From the IMG/VR virus record IMGVR_UViG_3300019458_000018, positions 1 to 40,197 of that record: a DNA stretch of 40,197 bases. One strand, written 5' to 3'. The translations under genes and the position numbers were made by a program. Source of the DNA: a virus. The notes under the pieces were generated by a model that saw nothing but the letters and a program-made list of their open reading frames with translations, ran no database searches and was not told where the DNA came from. Each line of letters begins with the position of its first letter. Positions within the stretch are counted from its first letter, which is position 1. Below are positions 21,671-30,186 of this stretch, piece after piece.

Positions 21671-23067
21671 GCCTCGAGGCGTTCGCGCGCGCGGCCGTCG
21701 AGCATCAATGGTGCCCGCACGAGCCCACAGCGAAGCAACGCGCTTTCTTGGCGGTCGAGGCCGACGAGGCGCTGTTCGGCGGTGCGGCAGGTGGCGGAAA
21801 GAGCGATGCCCTGCTCATGGCTGCGCTCGAGCACGTCGACCACCCGAGCTACGCGGCGATCCTATTCCGCCGGACATACACGGACCTGGCGTTGCCGGGG
21901 GCGATCATGGACCGCGCGCACGAGTGGCTCGCGCCGACCGCGGCGAAGTGGGGCGACCGCGAGAAGCGGTGGACATTCCCGAGCGGGGCCACGCTCACGT
22001 TCGGATACCTTGACGGGCCGCGCGATCGGTATCGCTACCAGTCGGCAGAGTTCCAGTTCGTTGGCTTCGACGAGCTGACGCAGTTTCCCGAGCGCGATTA
22101 CGTGTACCTGTTCTCACGGCTCCGGCGTGGCGTGACGACGCGGGTGCCGCTCCGGATGCGCAGCGCGACGAACCCCGGCGACATCGGCCACGAGTGGGTG
22201 AAGAGTCGCTTTTTGGACGAGCCGGAGGGGCGTGTGTTCGTGGCGGCCAAGCTCGACGATAACCCGTACCTCGACCGCGCTGAGTACGAGCGCGCGCTAG
22301 GGAAGCTCGACCCGGTCACGCGGCAGCAGCTACGCGATGGCGTGTGGCTGCGCGACCCGTCGGGGCTCGTGTATTCGTCGCTCGACCCGGAGCGTAACGT
22401 CGCGGATGACCTGCCGCGGCTGCCGCAAGGCGAGACGTGGACGCGCGTGTTCGCGGCGGACTTCGGCGTGCGCGACCCGACCGCGTTCGTGGTGTGGTAC
22501 TTCACGGCGCACGACCCCGTAGCCTACCTCGTCGCGAGCGAGCAGTGGTCCGAGAGGAGCCCGAGTGAGAGCGCGGAGAAGTTCCTCGAGTGGCGCGATG
22601 CTCACGGACCGTTCGAGCGCGTCGTCGGCGATCTCGGCGGATTGGGCAAGGGCTTCGAGGCCGAGTGGAAACGGCGATACGGCCTGCCGCTCGAGCCCGC
22701 GGAAAAATCGAACAAGCTCGGCTTCATCAAGCTCATGAACGGCGAGCTTGCAAGCGGGCGCATCAAGATCCTGCGCTCGAACGTCCAGTACCTCCGCGAT
22801 GCGTGCGCGCTAGCGTGGGCGAGCGAGAGCCAGGACCGCGAGCATCCGGCGATGGCAAACCACCTGCCAGACGCGGCGCTCTACGGCTGGCGGTGCTGCC
22901 GGGCGTTCCAGGCCACCACGCGCCCGGCGAAGCTTTCGGAGCCGGACGCCATCGTCGCCGACATCGCAGCGCACAAGGAGCGGCTGATCGCGCGTTTGCG
23001 CGCCGAGGAGGAGGAGCGCACCATCCTGGACACCCTGCTGGAAGGAGATGACGAATGGACCGAGTGA
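21667..23067 (+). CDS. terL: Terminase large subunit
   Basis: FGGAAGGGKS (Walker A), FQFVGFDELTQF (Walker B) and a C-terminal nuclease-like region (VFAADFG...D). It sits at the head of the morphogenesis genes. Confidence 0.9.
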   Translation: MSLEAFARAAVEHQWCPHEPTAKQRAFLAVEADEALFGGAAGGGKSDALLMAALEHVDHPSYAAILFRRTYTDLALPGAIMDRAHEWLAPTAAKWGDREKRWTFPSGATLTFGYLDGPRDRYRYQSAEFQFVGFDELTQFPERDYVYLFSRLRRGVTTRVPLRMRSATNPGDIGHEWVKSRFLDEPEGRVFVAAKLDDNPYLDRAEYERALGKLDPVTRQQLRDGVWLRDPSGLVYSSLDPERNVADDLPRLPQGETWTRVFAADFGVRDPTAFVVWYFTAHDPVAYLVASEQWSERSPSESAEKFLEWRDAHGPFERVVGDLGGLGKGFEAEWKRRYGLPLEPAEKSNKLGFIKLMNGELASGRIKILRSNVQYLRDACALAWASESQDREHPAMANHLPDAALYGWRCCRAFQATTRPAKLSEPDAIVADIAAHKERLIARLRAEEEERTILDTLLEGDDEWTE

Positions 23068-23336
23068 ACCTGAGCGAAGTGGCGACCCGTGACCCCGTGT
23101 ACAATTTCAAGGCGTCGGGCGGCGGCGGCAACTGGACGAGCCGCATCCACCTGCGGAAGGGACGAGGCGACTCGGGCAACGCGGCCGAGATCTACGCCTA
23201 CGTCCATCCCCAGCTCGGGCTGACGGTCCACGCCGTCTCGACCGGCGGCAGCGTCGTGGATCTGCCGTGGCACCAGGTGACGCAGCACGTCGTCGCCGAG
23301 GCCGCGGCGACGACGCGCAAGCGCACCGCCGCGTGA
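23055..23336 (+). CDS. Hypothetical protein (93 aa)
   Basis: The ATG overlaps the terminase 3' end. The composition looks coding. Confidence 0.55.
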   Translation: MDRVNLSEVATRDPVYNFKASGGGGNWTSRIHLRKGRGDSGNAAEIYAYVHPQLGLTVHAVSTGGSVVDLPWHQVTQHVVAEAAATTRKRTAA

Positions 23337-23623
23337 GCACGTACATCGGCAACGCGTTCGACTGCCTCGACGAGCACGTCACGCGCTGGCGTCGCCACCG
23401 GCAGACCGACGGCGACCTCGTCGCGGAGCTGCGCGAGCGCCGGCGGCTCGGCGTGGCGGACCTGCTCGACCACGTCCGTGAGGAGGATTGGCGCGGCGTG
23501 CAGGAGGCCGCGGGCGTGCTGCGGGAGATCGGGGCGCGGCTCGACCTGATCGAGGAGGTCTGCCGGCGGGCTCCCGAGCCGGCGCGCCGGGCCCGAGGGC
23601 TGGGGGACTTGACGCGAGTGTGA
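23333..23623 (+). CDS. Hypothetical protein (96 aa)
   Basis: GTG 23333 overlaps the upstream stop (GTGA). Confidence 0.55.
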   Translation: MSTYIGNAFDCLDEHVTRWRRHRQTDGDLVAELRERRRLGVADLLDHVREEDWRGVQEAAGVLREIGARLDLIEEVCRRAPEPARRARGLGDLTRV

Positions 23624-23641
23624 ACGTTGGTTCACACTCGC
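23614..23641 (+). other. Perfect 12-bp-stem hairpin spanning a stop codon
   Basis: gcgagtgtgaac / gttg / gttcacactcgc. It is unusually AT-rich for this genome and has no downstream T-tract. Confidence 0.6.
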
Positions 23642-23645
23642 GGCC

Positions 23646-23903
23646 GTGGACGACGTCGACCGGCTCCGCGAGGTGCTCGCCCTCGCCCGGACCGAGGGCC
23701 TCGCGCTCGCGCACGTCCGCGTCGGCTCGATCGAGCTGCGGCTAGGCCCACGGGCCGGGCAGCCAGAGCATCGGGACGTCGACGCCGAGGCCGCCCGCGA
23801 GCAGGCGGCGCTACGCGACACGCAGTACGGCGCCGCGGAGGAGACGCTGCCGGCGTTCGATGCGGCGGAATACGCCGGGCTGATGGCGGGGCTCTCGCAG
23901 TGA
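23646..23903 (+). CDS. Hypothetical protein (85 aa)
   Basis: The GTG start lies 5 nt after the hairpin, and the stop overlaps the portal GTG. Confidence 0.55.
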   Translation: MDDVDRLREVLALARTEGLALAHVRVGSIELRLGPRAGQPEHRDVDAEAAREQAALRDTQYGAAEETLPAFDAAEYAGLMAGLSQ

Positions 23904-25762
23904 CCGGCGGCTCGGAGGAGTACATCGATTGGTGGGAGTCGCCGAAGGGCGAGCAGGCGGGGCAGCTCACCGCGCTCGTGCAGTCGCTCCAGGACCGGCA
24001 GGGCTACCGCCGCGCCGCCGACCTCCATCACCTGCGGATGTACATCGACCGCCACGCCACGCACGGACACCGACGCGCGGTCACGTCCTCGCGGACGCGC
24101 ACCGAGCAGCGCCCGCAGCCGCGCCTCTCCCTCAACGTGGTGCGGTCGTGCGTGGACACGGCCGTCGCGCAAATCACGCGCGCCCGCCCGCGCCCTCAGT
24201 TCCTCACCACCGGGGGCAACTGGGACCTGCACCAGCGTGCGAAGAAGCGCGGGCGCTTCGTCGAGAGCGTGTTCCACCGCTGCCATGCCTACGCGCTGGG
24301 GCAGCGAGCGTTCCGCGATGCCGCGCTCTTCGGCACGGGCTTCCTCCAGGTGCTCGCGGTGGACGACACGATCCAGATCGAGCGCGTCCCGCCGAACGAG
24401 GTGCTCGTGGACGACGCCGAGGGCGTCTACGGCACCCCGCGCAACGTCTTCCGCGCGCGCGTCGCCGACAAGCTTGCGCTCATGGAGCGGTTCCCGGGCA
24501 AGGCGCGCGTCATCGAGGACGCGCCAGCGCCCGACCATCGCTACTACGGCACCGCGCAATCAACGCGCCTCGCGCTCATCGTCGAGGCGTGGCACCTGCC
24601 GACGAGCGAGACGAGCGACGACGGACGCTATGCCATCGCGCCCTATGGCGCGGATGAGGTGCTCTACTCGGGCGCGTACGAGCACACCGAGTCGCCGTTC
24701 GCCGTATTTCGCTGGAGCGAGGATCCGTTTGGGTGGTTCGGCACCGGCGTCGCCGCGGAGCTGAGCGGGATCCAACAGGAAATCAACCTCGTCCTGCGCA
24801 CGGTCCAACGCAACGTGTACATGGGCGGCAACCTGAAGGTCTTCGTCCCGACGGGATCGATCGCAAAGGGCCAGCTCACGAACGACATCGGCGTGATGAT
24901 CGAGACGAGCGGCGGCGAGCTGCCCTCGTACGTCGTCAACGACATCGCGAGCCCGCAGCTGTTCCAGCACCTGGGGTTCCTCATCGAGCAGGCATACGGA
25001 ATCACCGGGATCTCGAGCTCGATGGCACAGGCCGTGGAGCCCGAGCGCGCGGAGAGTGGGCGCGCGAAGCTCGTGCAGCGCCAGACCTACTCGCAGCGGT
25101 TCTTGCACGTCGAGCGCCAGTACGAGAACTCGTTCATGGACCTCGCGAACCGCGTGCTCGACGCCGCGAAGGACCTCGCGGCGCGCAAGAAGCCGCCGCG
25201 CGAGAAGTACCCGGGACGGTGGAGCGTCGAGGCCATCCGATACGAGGACGTCGTGCTCGACGACGACGACGCATTAATGCAGGTCTTCCCGACGACGATC
25301 CTGCCCGAGACGCCGGCCGGCAAGATCGCGATGGTCGAAAGCCTTGAGGCGCGCGGCTACATCGACCGCGCGCAGGCCATGAAGCTGCTCGACTTCCCGG
25401 ACGTGGATGCCGAGATGAACTTAGAGCTCGCGCCGATCGAGCTGATCGACCGGCGGATCGAACGGATGCTCGACGAGGGACTGTACGAGGGGCCGCATCC
25501 GCGCATGGACCTCGAGCTCGCGATGAGCCGATGCTTGCTCGCGTACCAGTGGGCCGAGGAGCGCGGGTGCCCGCCCGAGCGGCTCGAGGTGCTCGGACAG
25601 TTCATCGACGCCTGCCAGGACATGCTCGCTCCCGCTGCGGCACCGGCGGCACCGATGCTCGGGGCAGCGATGCCCGGAGCGACCCCCGACGCGGGGATGG
25701 CCCCGCCCGCATTCCCCGAACAAGCGCCGCTGGCGCCGATGGCCCCCGTCGCCGCCGCATAG
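23900..25762 (+). CDS. Portal protein
   Basis: 620 aa, between terminase and scaffold/capsid. It has a conserved-looking core (KKRGRFVESVF...DAALFGTGFLQV...IERVPPNEVLVDD) and an Ala/Pro-rich tail. The call rests mainly on position and size. Confidence 0.75.
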   Translation: MTGGSEEYIDWWESPKGEQAGQLTALVQSLQDRQGYRRAADLHHLRMYIDRHATHGHRRAVTSSRTRTEQRPQPRLSLNVVRSCVDTAVAQITRARPRPQFLTTGGNWDLHQRAKKRGRFVESVFHRCHAYALGQRAFRDAALFGTGFLQVLAVDDTIQIERVPPNEVLVDDAEGVYGTPRNVFRARVADKLALMERFPGKARVIEDAPAPDHRYYGTAQSTRLALIVEAWHLPTSETSDDGRYAIAPYGADEVLYSGAYEHTESPFAVFRWSEDPFGWFGTGVAAELSGIQQEINLVLRTVQRNVYMGGNLKVFVPTGSIAKGQLTNDIGVMIETSGGELPSYVVNDIASPQLFQHLGFLIEQAYGITGISSSMAQAVEPERAESGRAKLVQRQTYSQRFLHVERQYENSFMDLANRVLDAAKDLAARKKPPREKYPGRWSVEAIRYEDVVLDDDDALMQVFPTTILPETPAGKIAMVESLEARGYIDRAQAMKLLDFPDVDAEMNLELAPIELIDRRIERMLDEGLYEGPHPRMDLELAMSRCLLAYQWAEERGCPPERLEVLGQFIDACQDMLAPAAAPAAPMLGAAMPGATPDAGMAPPAFPEQAPLAPMAPVAAA

Positions 25763-25769
25763 GAGCCCC

Positions 25770-26747
25770 ATGCCCCGCAGGACCACGATCGGCCTCGCAG
25801 ACAAGCCCGAGCTCGCGGAGTTTCTTGGCCAGCCCCCGGCCGAGTCCTCGGCTCCCGCGGCGCCCCCGCCCGACCCGGCGGAACCGCCCGCCCAGGGCGC
25901 CCCGGCGCCGGTCGACGCGGCGCCGCCACCCGACGACCCCGACGCCCCGCCGAAGGGCGAGCGCCTCTCGACGAGCTGGGCCGCGGTCAAGCGTGCCCGC
26001 AAGGAGCAGCGGCAGCGCGAGGAGGAGTTCGCCGCCCGGCACCGGCGCCTCGTGGACGAAATGCAGCAGATCGAGACCATGCGGAGCGACCTGGAAAAAC
26101 GCATCGCGGGGCTCGACGCCCGCGAAAAAGCCGCCATCGGCGACCCTCTCACGTGGCTGCAGGAGCGCGGCGTGGCGGCGCGCGCGCTCGTCGAGGCCGC
26201 CGCGAAGGAGCCGGCAGACGCGGCAGAGCGGCACCAACGGTCGCGCGAGAACGCCGACCTCCGCGAGCTCGTCCAGCAGCTCACGGCGAAGGTCGAGCAG
26301 CTCACGCAGGCGAGCGAGAAGCGCCAGACGGAGGCCACCGAGCGCGAAGAGCTGGCCGAGATCGCTCACATCCTCGAGAACCCCGCCGAGTACGAGATCG
26401 AGGCCGACGGCATCCAGTGGTGGGGTGCGGAAATCGTCGCGAAGGCGCTGCATGACGTCTACCGGGCGAGCGGGCGCAAGTTGGACTTGCGCGCCGAGAT
26501 CGCCTCTGCTAACAGGTTCTATCGCGGGCGCATGGCTCGCGCCGGCCCACCCGGCAAACCCCATGCGAGCCCCGGCAACGGTGGCTCCCCCGCGCGTGGC
26601 ACCGGGGCCGAGACGACGGCAGAGCCCGCGGAGCAGAGCGCTCCCCCCGCACTCCCGAACGCGAGTGCTCGCCGTCCTGGCCCGACCGTGAAGCGCACGA
26701 AAGCGGAGCGGCTCAAAGAGGCGATCAACTTGCTCGAAGTGCGGTAA
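25770..26747 (+). CDS. Scaffolding protein
   Basis: 325 aa, Pro/Ala-rich N-terminus followed by a long charged coiled-coil region. It lies between portal and major capsid. Confidence 0.65.
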   Translation: MPRRTTIGLADKPELAEFLGQPPAESSAPAAPPPDPAEPPAQGAPAPVDAAPPPDDPDAPPKGERLSTSWAAVKRARKEQRQREEEFAARHRRLVDEMQQIETMRSDLEKRIAGLDAREKAAIGDPLTWLQERGVAARALVEAAAKEPADAAERHQRSRENADLRELVQQLTAKVEQLTQASEKRQTEATEREELAEIAHILENPAEYEIEADGIQWWGAEIVAKALHDVYRASGRKLDLRAEIASANRFYRGRMARAGPPGKPHASPGNGGSPARGTGAETTAEPAEQSAPPALPNASARRPGPTVKRTKAERLKEAINLLEVR

Positions 26748-26750
26748 CCC

Positions 26751-26774
26751 GAGGTCGCCGCGTGCGGTGACCTC
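26751..26774 (+). other. Imperfect hairpin between the scaffold and capsid genes
   Basis: gaggtcgccgc gt gcggtgacctc. The arms are complementary apart from one G-U position and there is no T-tract. Confidence 0.35.
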
Positions 26775-26792
26775 ACACCGAAGAGGTTATCG

Positions 26793-28028
26793 ATGGGTGC
26801 AGTCACCTCCACGACGTTCGACGCCGCGCTGAAGCAGTACTACTCGGACGAGGAAGTCCGAGACGTCACGAGCGACGGCAACCCGCTGTTCGGGATGATC
26901 TCGAAGGCACCGGATCTCACGGGCAAGACGTTCGAGCAGCCGATCCAGTGGGGCCGCGGGCAAGGGCGAAGCGCGAGCATTCAGAAGGCCATCGCGCGAC
27001 AGGGAGCGAACAAGTACGACCGCTTCTCCTGCACGACCGCGGACGACTACGGCGTCATCTCGATCGAGCGCAAGGTGATGAAGACGTCGGGCAACATGCG
27101 CGGCGCGTTCTTCCAGGCGCAGACGCGCGAGATCGACTCGATGCTCCAGGAGCTCGCGCGGTCCATCTCCTGGAGCATGTTCCGCAACTCAGGCGGCGCC
27201 ATCGGGCGCGTGAGCACGGCGACCGCGCCGTCTACCACGACGCTCACGCTCAACGAGTCCGAGGACATGTCGATCTTCGAGGCGGAGCAGGTGCTCGTCG
27301 CTTCGGACAACGACGGCTCGGTCTCCACCGACGTGCTGCTCGCGGGCTCGCAGGAGATCGCGAGCGTCAACGAGGACGGGCCGACGCTCACCGGGGCCGG
27401 CAACTGGACGGCCGGGATCCCGAGCCTCGGCGTCGGGGATTTTCTGTTCATCGACGGCGACTTCCAATCGAAGATCCAGGGCTTCGGTGGCTGGATGAGC
27501 ATCCGCAACGACGCCGCTGCGACGCCGGGTACCACCGCATTCTTCGGGGTCGACCGCTCGCAGCACGTCACGCGACTCGCAGGACGGCGCATCACGGCCA
27601 TCGGGGACCCGATACACGAGGCGGTCCCGCGCGCCGCGCGGCAGCTCGGGCGCAATGGCCACAAGGTCGATTGCTTCTTCTGCTCGCACCAGAAGTACCA
27701 GGACCTCCAGATCGAGCTCAGCAACAAGGTCGTGTTCGATCGGTACAACGCCAGCGAGAGCGTCGGGTACGAGTCGATCACGATCCGCGGACCACACGGA
27801 CCGATCAAGGTGTACGCGGATCGCAACTGCCCAGACAAGTTCGGGTTTCTCATCGCGAAAGACGACTGGACGTTGCGGTCGATCGGCCCCGTGCCGGATC
27901 TGCATGACGAGGACGGCGTCCGGATGCTCCGCAACACGAACGATGACTCGTTCCAGGTGCGCGCAAGCTACTACGCGCAGATGGTGACCGCGAACACGGC
28001 CGCGATGGCGGCCCTCACGTTGGAGTAA
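26793..28028 (+). CDS. Major capsid protein
   Basis: 411 aa, directly after the scaffold, with an SD-like GAGG 8 nt upstream of the ATG. The composition is typical of a structural protein. The call rests on position and size. Confidence 0.8.
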   Translation: MGAVTSTTFDAALKQYYSDEEVRDVTSDGNPLFGMISKAPDLTGKTFEQPIQWGRGQGRSASIQKAIARQGANKYDRFSCTTADDYGVISIERKVMKTSGNMRGAFFQAQTREIDSMLQELARSISWSMFRNSGGAIGRVSTATAPSTTTLTLNESEDMSIFEAEQVLVASDNDGSVSTDVLLAGSQEIASVNEDGPTLTGAGNWTAGIPSLGVGDFLFIDGDFQSKIQGFGGWMSIRNDAAATPGTTAFFGVDRSQHVTRLAGRRITAIGDPIHEAVPRAARQLGRNGHKVDCFFCSHQKYQDLQIELSNKVVFDRYNASESVGYESITIRGPHGPIKVYADRNCPDKFGFLIAKDDWTLRSIGPVPDLHDEDGVRMLRNTNDDSFQVRASYYAQMVTANTAAMAALTLE

Positions 28029-28033
28029 CGGCG

Positions 28034-28564
28034 ATGGCAGAAATCACGAGCGAGAAGTTCCTCGATGCGATGCGCGCCGTCGCCGGCGGCCACTTCGAGG
28101 ACTCGACCGGCGGTATCAAGGACCGGGTGCAGGGCCTCGTCACGCAGCGGATCGAGCTGCCCGTCAACGCGGAGAACGTCACGCTCACCGATGCCGTCAC
28201 GCGCGCACTGTCGAGTCGCGCCTCGGCCGTCGGCGGCGGGAAGATCGTGCGCATCACGTACACGCCCGTCGCGAGCTTCACGGTCAGCCAGACCGACCAT
28301 CAGGTGGTGAGCGTCGTGAAGCTGTCGGCGCCGACGTGGAGCGCGACGCTCAGCGTCGGCACGTTCACGAGCACGACCGATGGCGTCGCCGCCGCCGTGT
28401 ACCACGGTCCCGACAAGCCGAGCCGCTTCACGCTCTCGACGACCACCGACAACCTCAAGGTGAACGACGGAGACTCGTTCTTCTTCGTCGTGGCGAAGAA
28501 CGGCGCCGCGGGCGCGAACACGCACACGACGCAGCTCGGACGGATCACGATCGAGGTGCGCTGA
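28034..28564 (+). CDS. Virion-associated hypothetical protein (Ser/Thr-rich, beta-rich; possible decoration protein)
   Basis: 176 aa, immediately after the capsid gene. Confidence 0.65.
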   Translation: MAEITSEKFLDAMRAVAGGHFEDSTGGIKDRVQGLVTQRIELPVNAENVTLTDAVTRALSSRASAVGGGKIVRITYTPVASFTVSQTDHQVVSVVKLSAPTWSATLSVGTFTSTTDGVAAAVYHGPDKPSRFTLSTTTDNLKVNDGDSFFFVVAKNGAAGANTHTTQLGRITIEVR

Positions 28565-28944
28565 TGCCGCACGGCGCGCAGTACCCGCTCGGCTCGTGCC
28601 CCACGCCCGGCCTCGTCTGGATCGCGGGCTCGTTCGAGATCAACGCGACGAGCAATCCCGACGCGAACGAGAACGTCGGGCGCGGCTGGAGCGTCGTGCG
28701 CTCGGACGTCGGCAAGTTCACGGTCACGCTCGACCGCGCGATCCGCCGGCCTATTGCCGTCCTCGTCTCGAACGGGCTCACGGCGGACGACAAGGAGTAC
28801 AACGTCCACACCGGCACGATCGACGAGACGACGACGCTCTCGAGCTTCATCATCTACGCGACCGTCGGGGCGACCGACACGGACACCGACGCCCTGCGCA
28901 TCTCGTTTCTCGTCATCGGCTCCGACACGACTGCGAGCAAGTGA
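28564..28944 (+). CDS. Virion-associated hypothetical protein (126 aa)
   Basis: ATG 28564 overlaps the upstream stop (TGATG). Confidence 0.6.
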   Translation: MPHGAQYPLGSCPTPGLVWIAGSFEINATSNPDANENVGRGWSVVRSDVGKFTVTLDRAIRRPIAVLVSNGLTADDKEYNVHTGTIDETTTLSSFIIYATVGATDTDTDALRISFLVIGSDTTASK

Positions 28945-29135
28945 TGCCGGAGCCCGGCCAGATCGCGAAGGCGCTGCTCGCGAGTGCCAAGAAGACCGGC
29001 GCGCCTCCCGGGAAGGATGACGACGACGACGCTGCCGCCGAGGCCCTCGCTGATCTCAAGGCAGCCTGGGACAAAGACGACGCGCGCGCCTTCGCGAACG
29101 CGCTGCGTGACCTGAGGACGATCGCAGAGGACTGA
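28944..29135 (+). CDS. Small acidic hypothetical protein (63 aa)
   Basis: ATG 28944 overlaps the upstream stop (TGATG). Confidence 0.5.
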   Translation: MPEPGQIAKALLASAKKTGAPPGKDDDDDAAAEALADLKAAWDKDDARAFANALRDLRTIAED

Positions 29136-29140
29136 CCGCC

Positions 29141-29818
29141 GTGCCGTACACGCTGCTCCAGGTCATCGACCAAGTGCGGCAGCGCGCGGACATGGTCGGT
29201 TCGACGTTCGTCACCACGGACGAGGTCGCGGTCTACGTCGCCGAGAGTAAGTTCGAGTTGTTCGAGCTCCTCGCGAACGTCGTGGGCGACGCGGTGCCGT
29301 CGCTCCAAGAGGTGCAGATCGCAGCGGGCGCGAGCAACGCGACGATCGGCGCGTCCTATTACCGCATCTTGCGCGTGGACTGGGTCCACAACGACGCGCG
29401 TTACCCGCTGCGTCGCTACAACTTCCACGACCTCGTCGCTCGCACGACGAGCACGACGTGGCATCCCGCGCTCGACATCACGTACTCACTGTACGAGGGC
29501 GGCGCGAAGATCACGGTCGACCCGCCCCCGGCGGTGACGACCACGCTCGGCATCTACTACCACCCTCAGGACACGCGCATCACGACGATGTCGCAGCCCA
29601 TCACGGGGCTTGTCGATCGGTGGGTCGAGTACGTGGTGATCGACGCGGCCATCAAGTGCAAGGAGAAGGAGGAGAGCGACACGACGGCGCTCGAGCGCGC
29701 GAAGCAGAACATGATCGGGCGCATCGAGCGGTACAGTGCGCGGCTCGACCGCAACCCGATGTACATCGGCGACACGCGACGCGACGATGAGGACGAAGAG
29801 CTGGCGGTGTGGTACTGA
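29141..29818 (+). CDS. Virion protein, possible head-tail adaptor
   Basis: 225 aa from a GTG start. Function is guessed from its position after the capsid genes only. Confidence 0.6.
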   Translation: MPYTLLQVIDQVRQRADMVGSTFVTTDEVAVYVAESKFELFELLANVVGDAVPSLQEVQIAAGASNATIGASYYRILRVDWVHNDARYPLRRYNFHDLVARTTSTTWHPALDITYSLYEGGAKITVDPPPAVTTTLGIYYHPQDTRITTMSQPITGLVDRWVEYVVIDAAIKCKEKEESDTTALERAKQNMIGRIERYSARLDRNPMYIGDTRRDDEDEELAVWY

Positions 29819-30186
29819 TGAAGGGATTGCGCAAGCTGTACGGCGGGCTCGCTGGACTGCCGGCGCAGGCCGCCGACGCCATCGAGCGCCGCATGCGCTA
29901 CGCCGAGGACGCGACGGAGGAGGCCACGAGGCAGGCGCGCGCGTTTCCGGAAAACGCGGGCAGGCGTGTGAAAAACATCAAGGTCGACCACAAGCGGGCG
30001 GGCGGTGTCAACTCGGCGACCATCACGATCCCACACAAGCTCGCGCGCCCGCCGACCGTGGTGCGTCCGCTCACCAGCACGAACGAGACGCTTGGGCGAT
30101 ACCGCGTCGTCCAGCGCACCGCGCGCGCGCTCAAGGTGATTATCAGCGAATCCACGTCCGGCTCGCTTGACTTCTGGGTGAGCTGA
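29818..30186 (+). CDS. Virion-associated hypothetical protein (122 aa)
   Basis: ATG 29818 overlaps the upstream stop (TGATG). The ORF-track start at GTG 29809 is also possible. Confidence 0.55.
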   Translation: MKGLRKLYGGLAGLPAQAADAIERRMRYAEDATEEATRQARAFPENAGRRVKNIKVDHKRAGGVNSATITIPHKLARPPTVVRPLTSTNETLGRYRVVQRTARALKVIISESTSGSLDFWVS

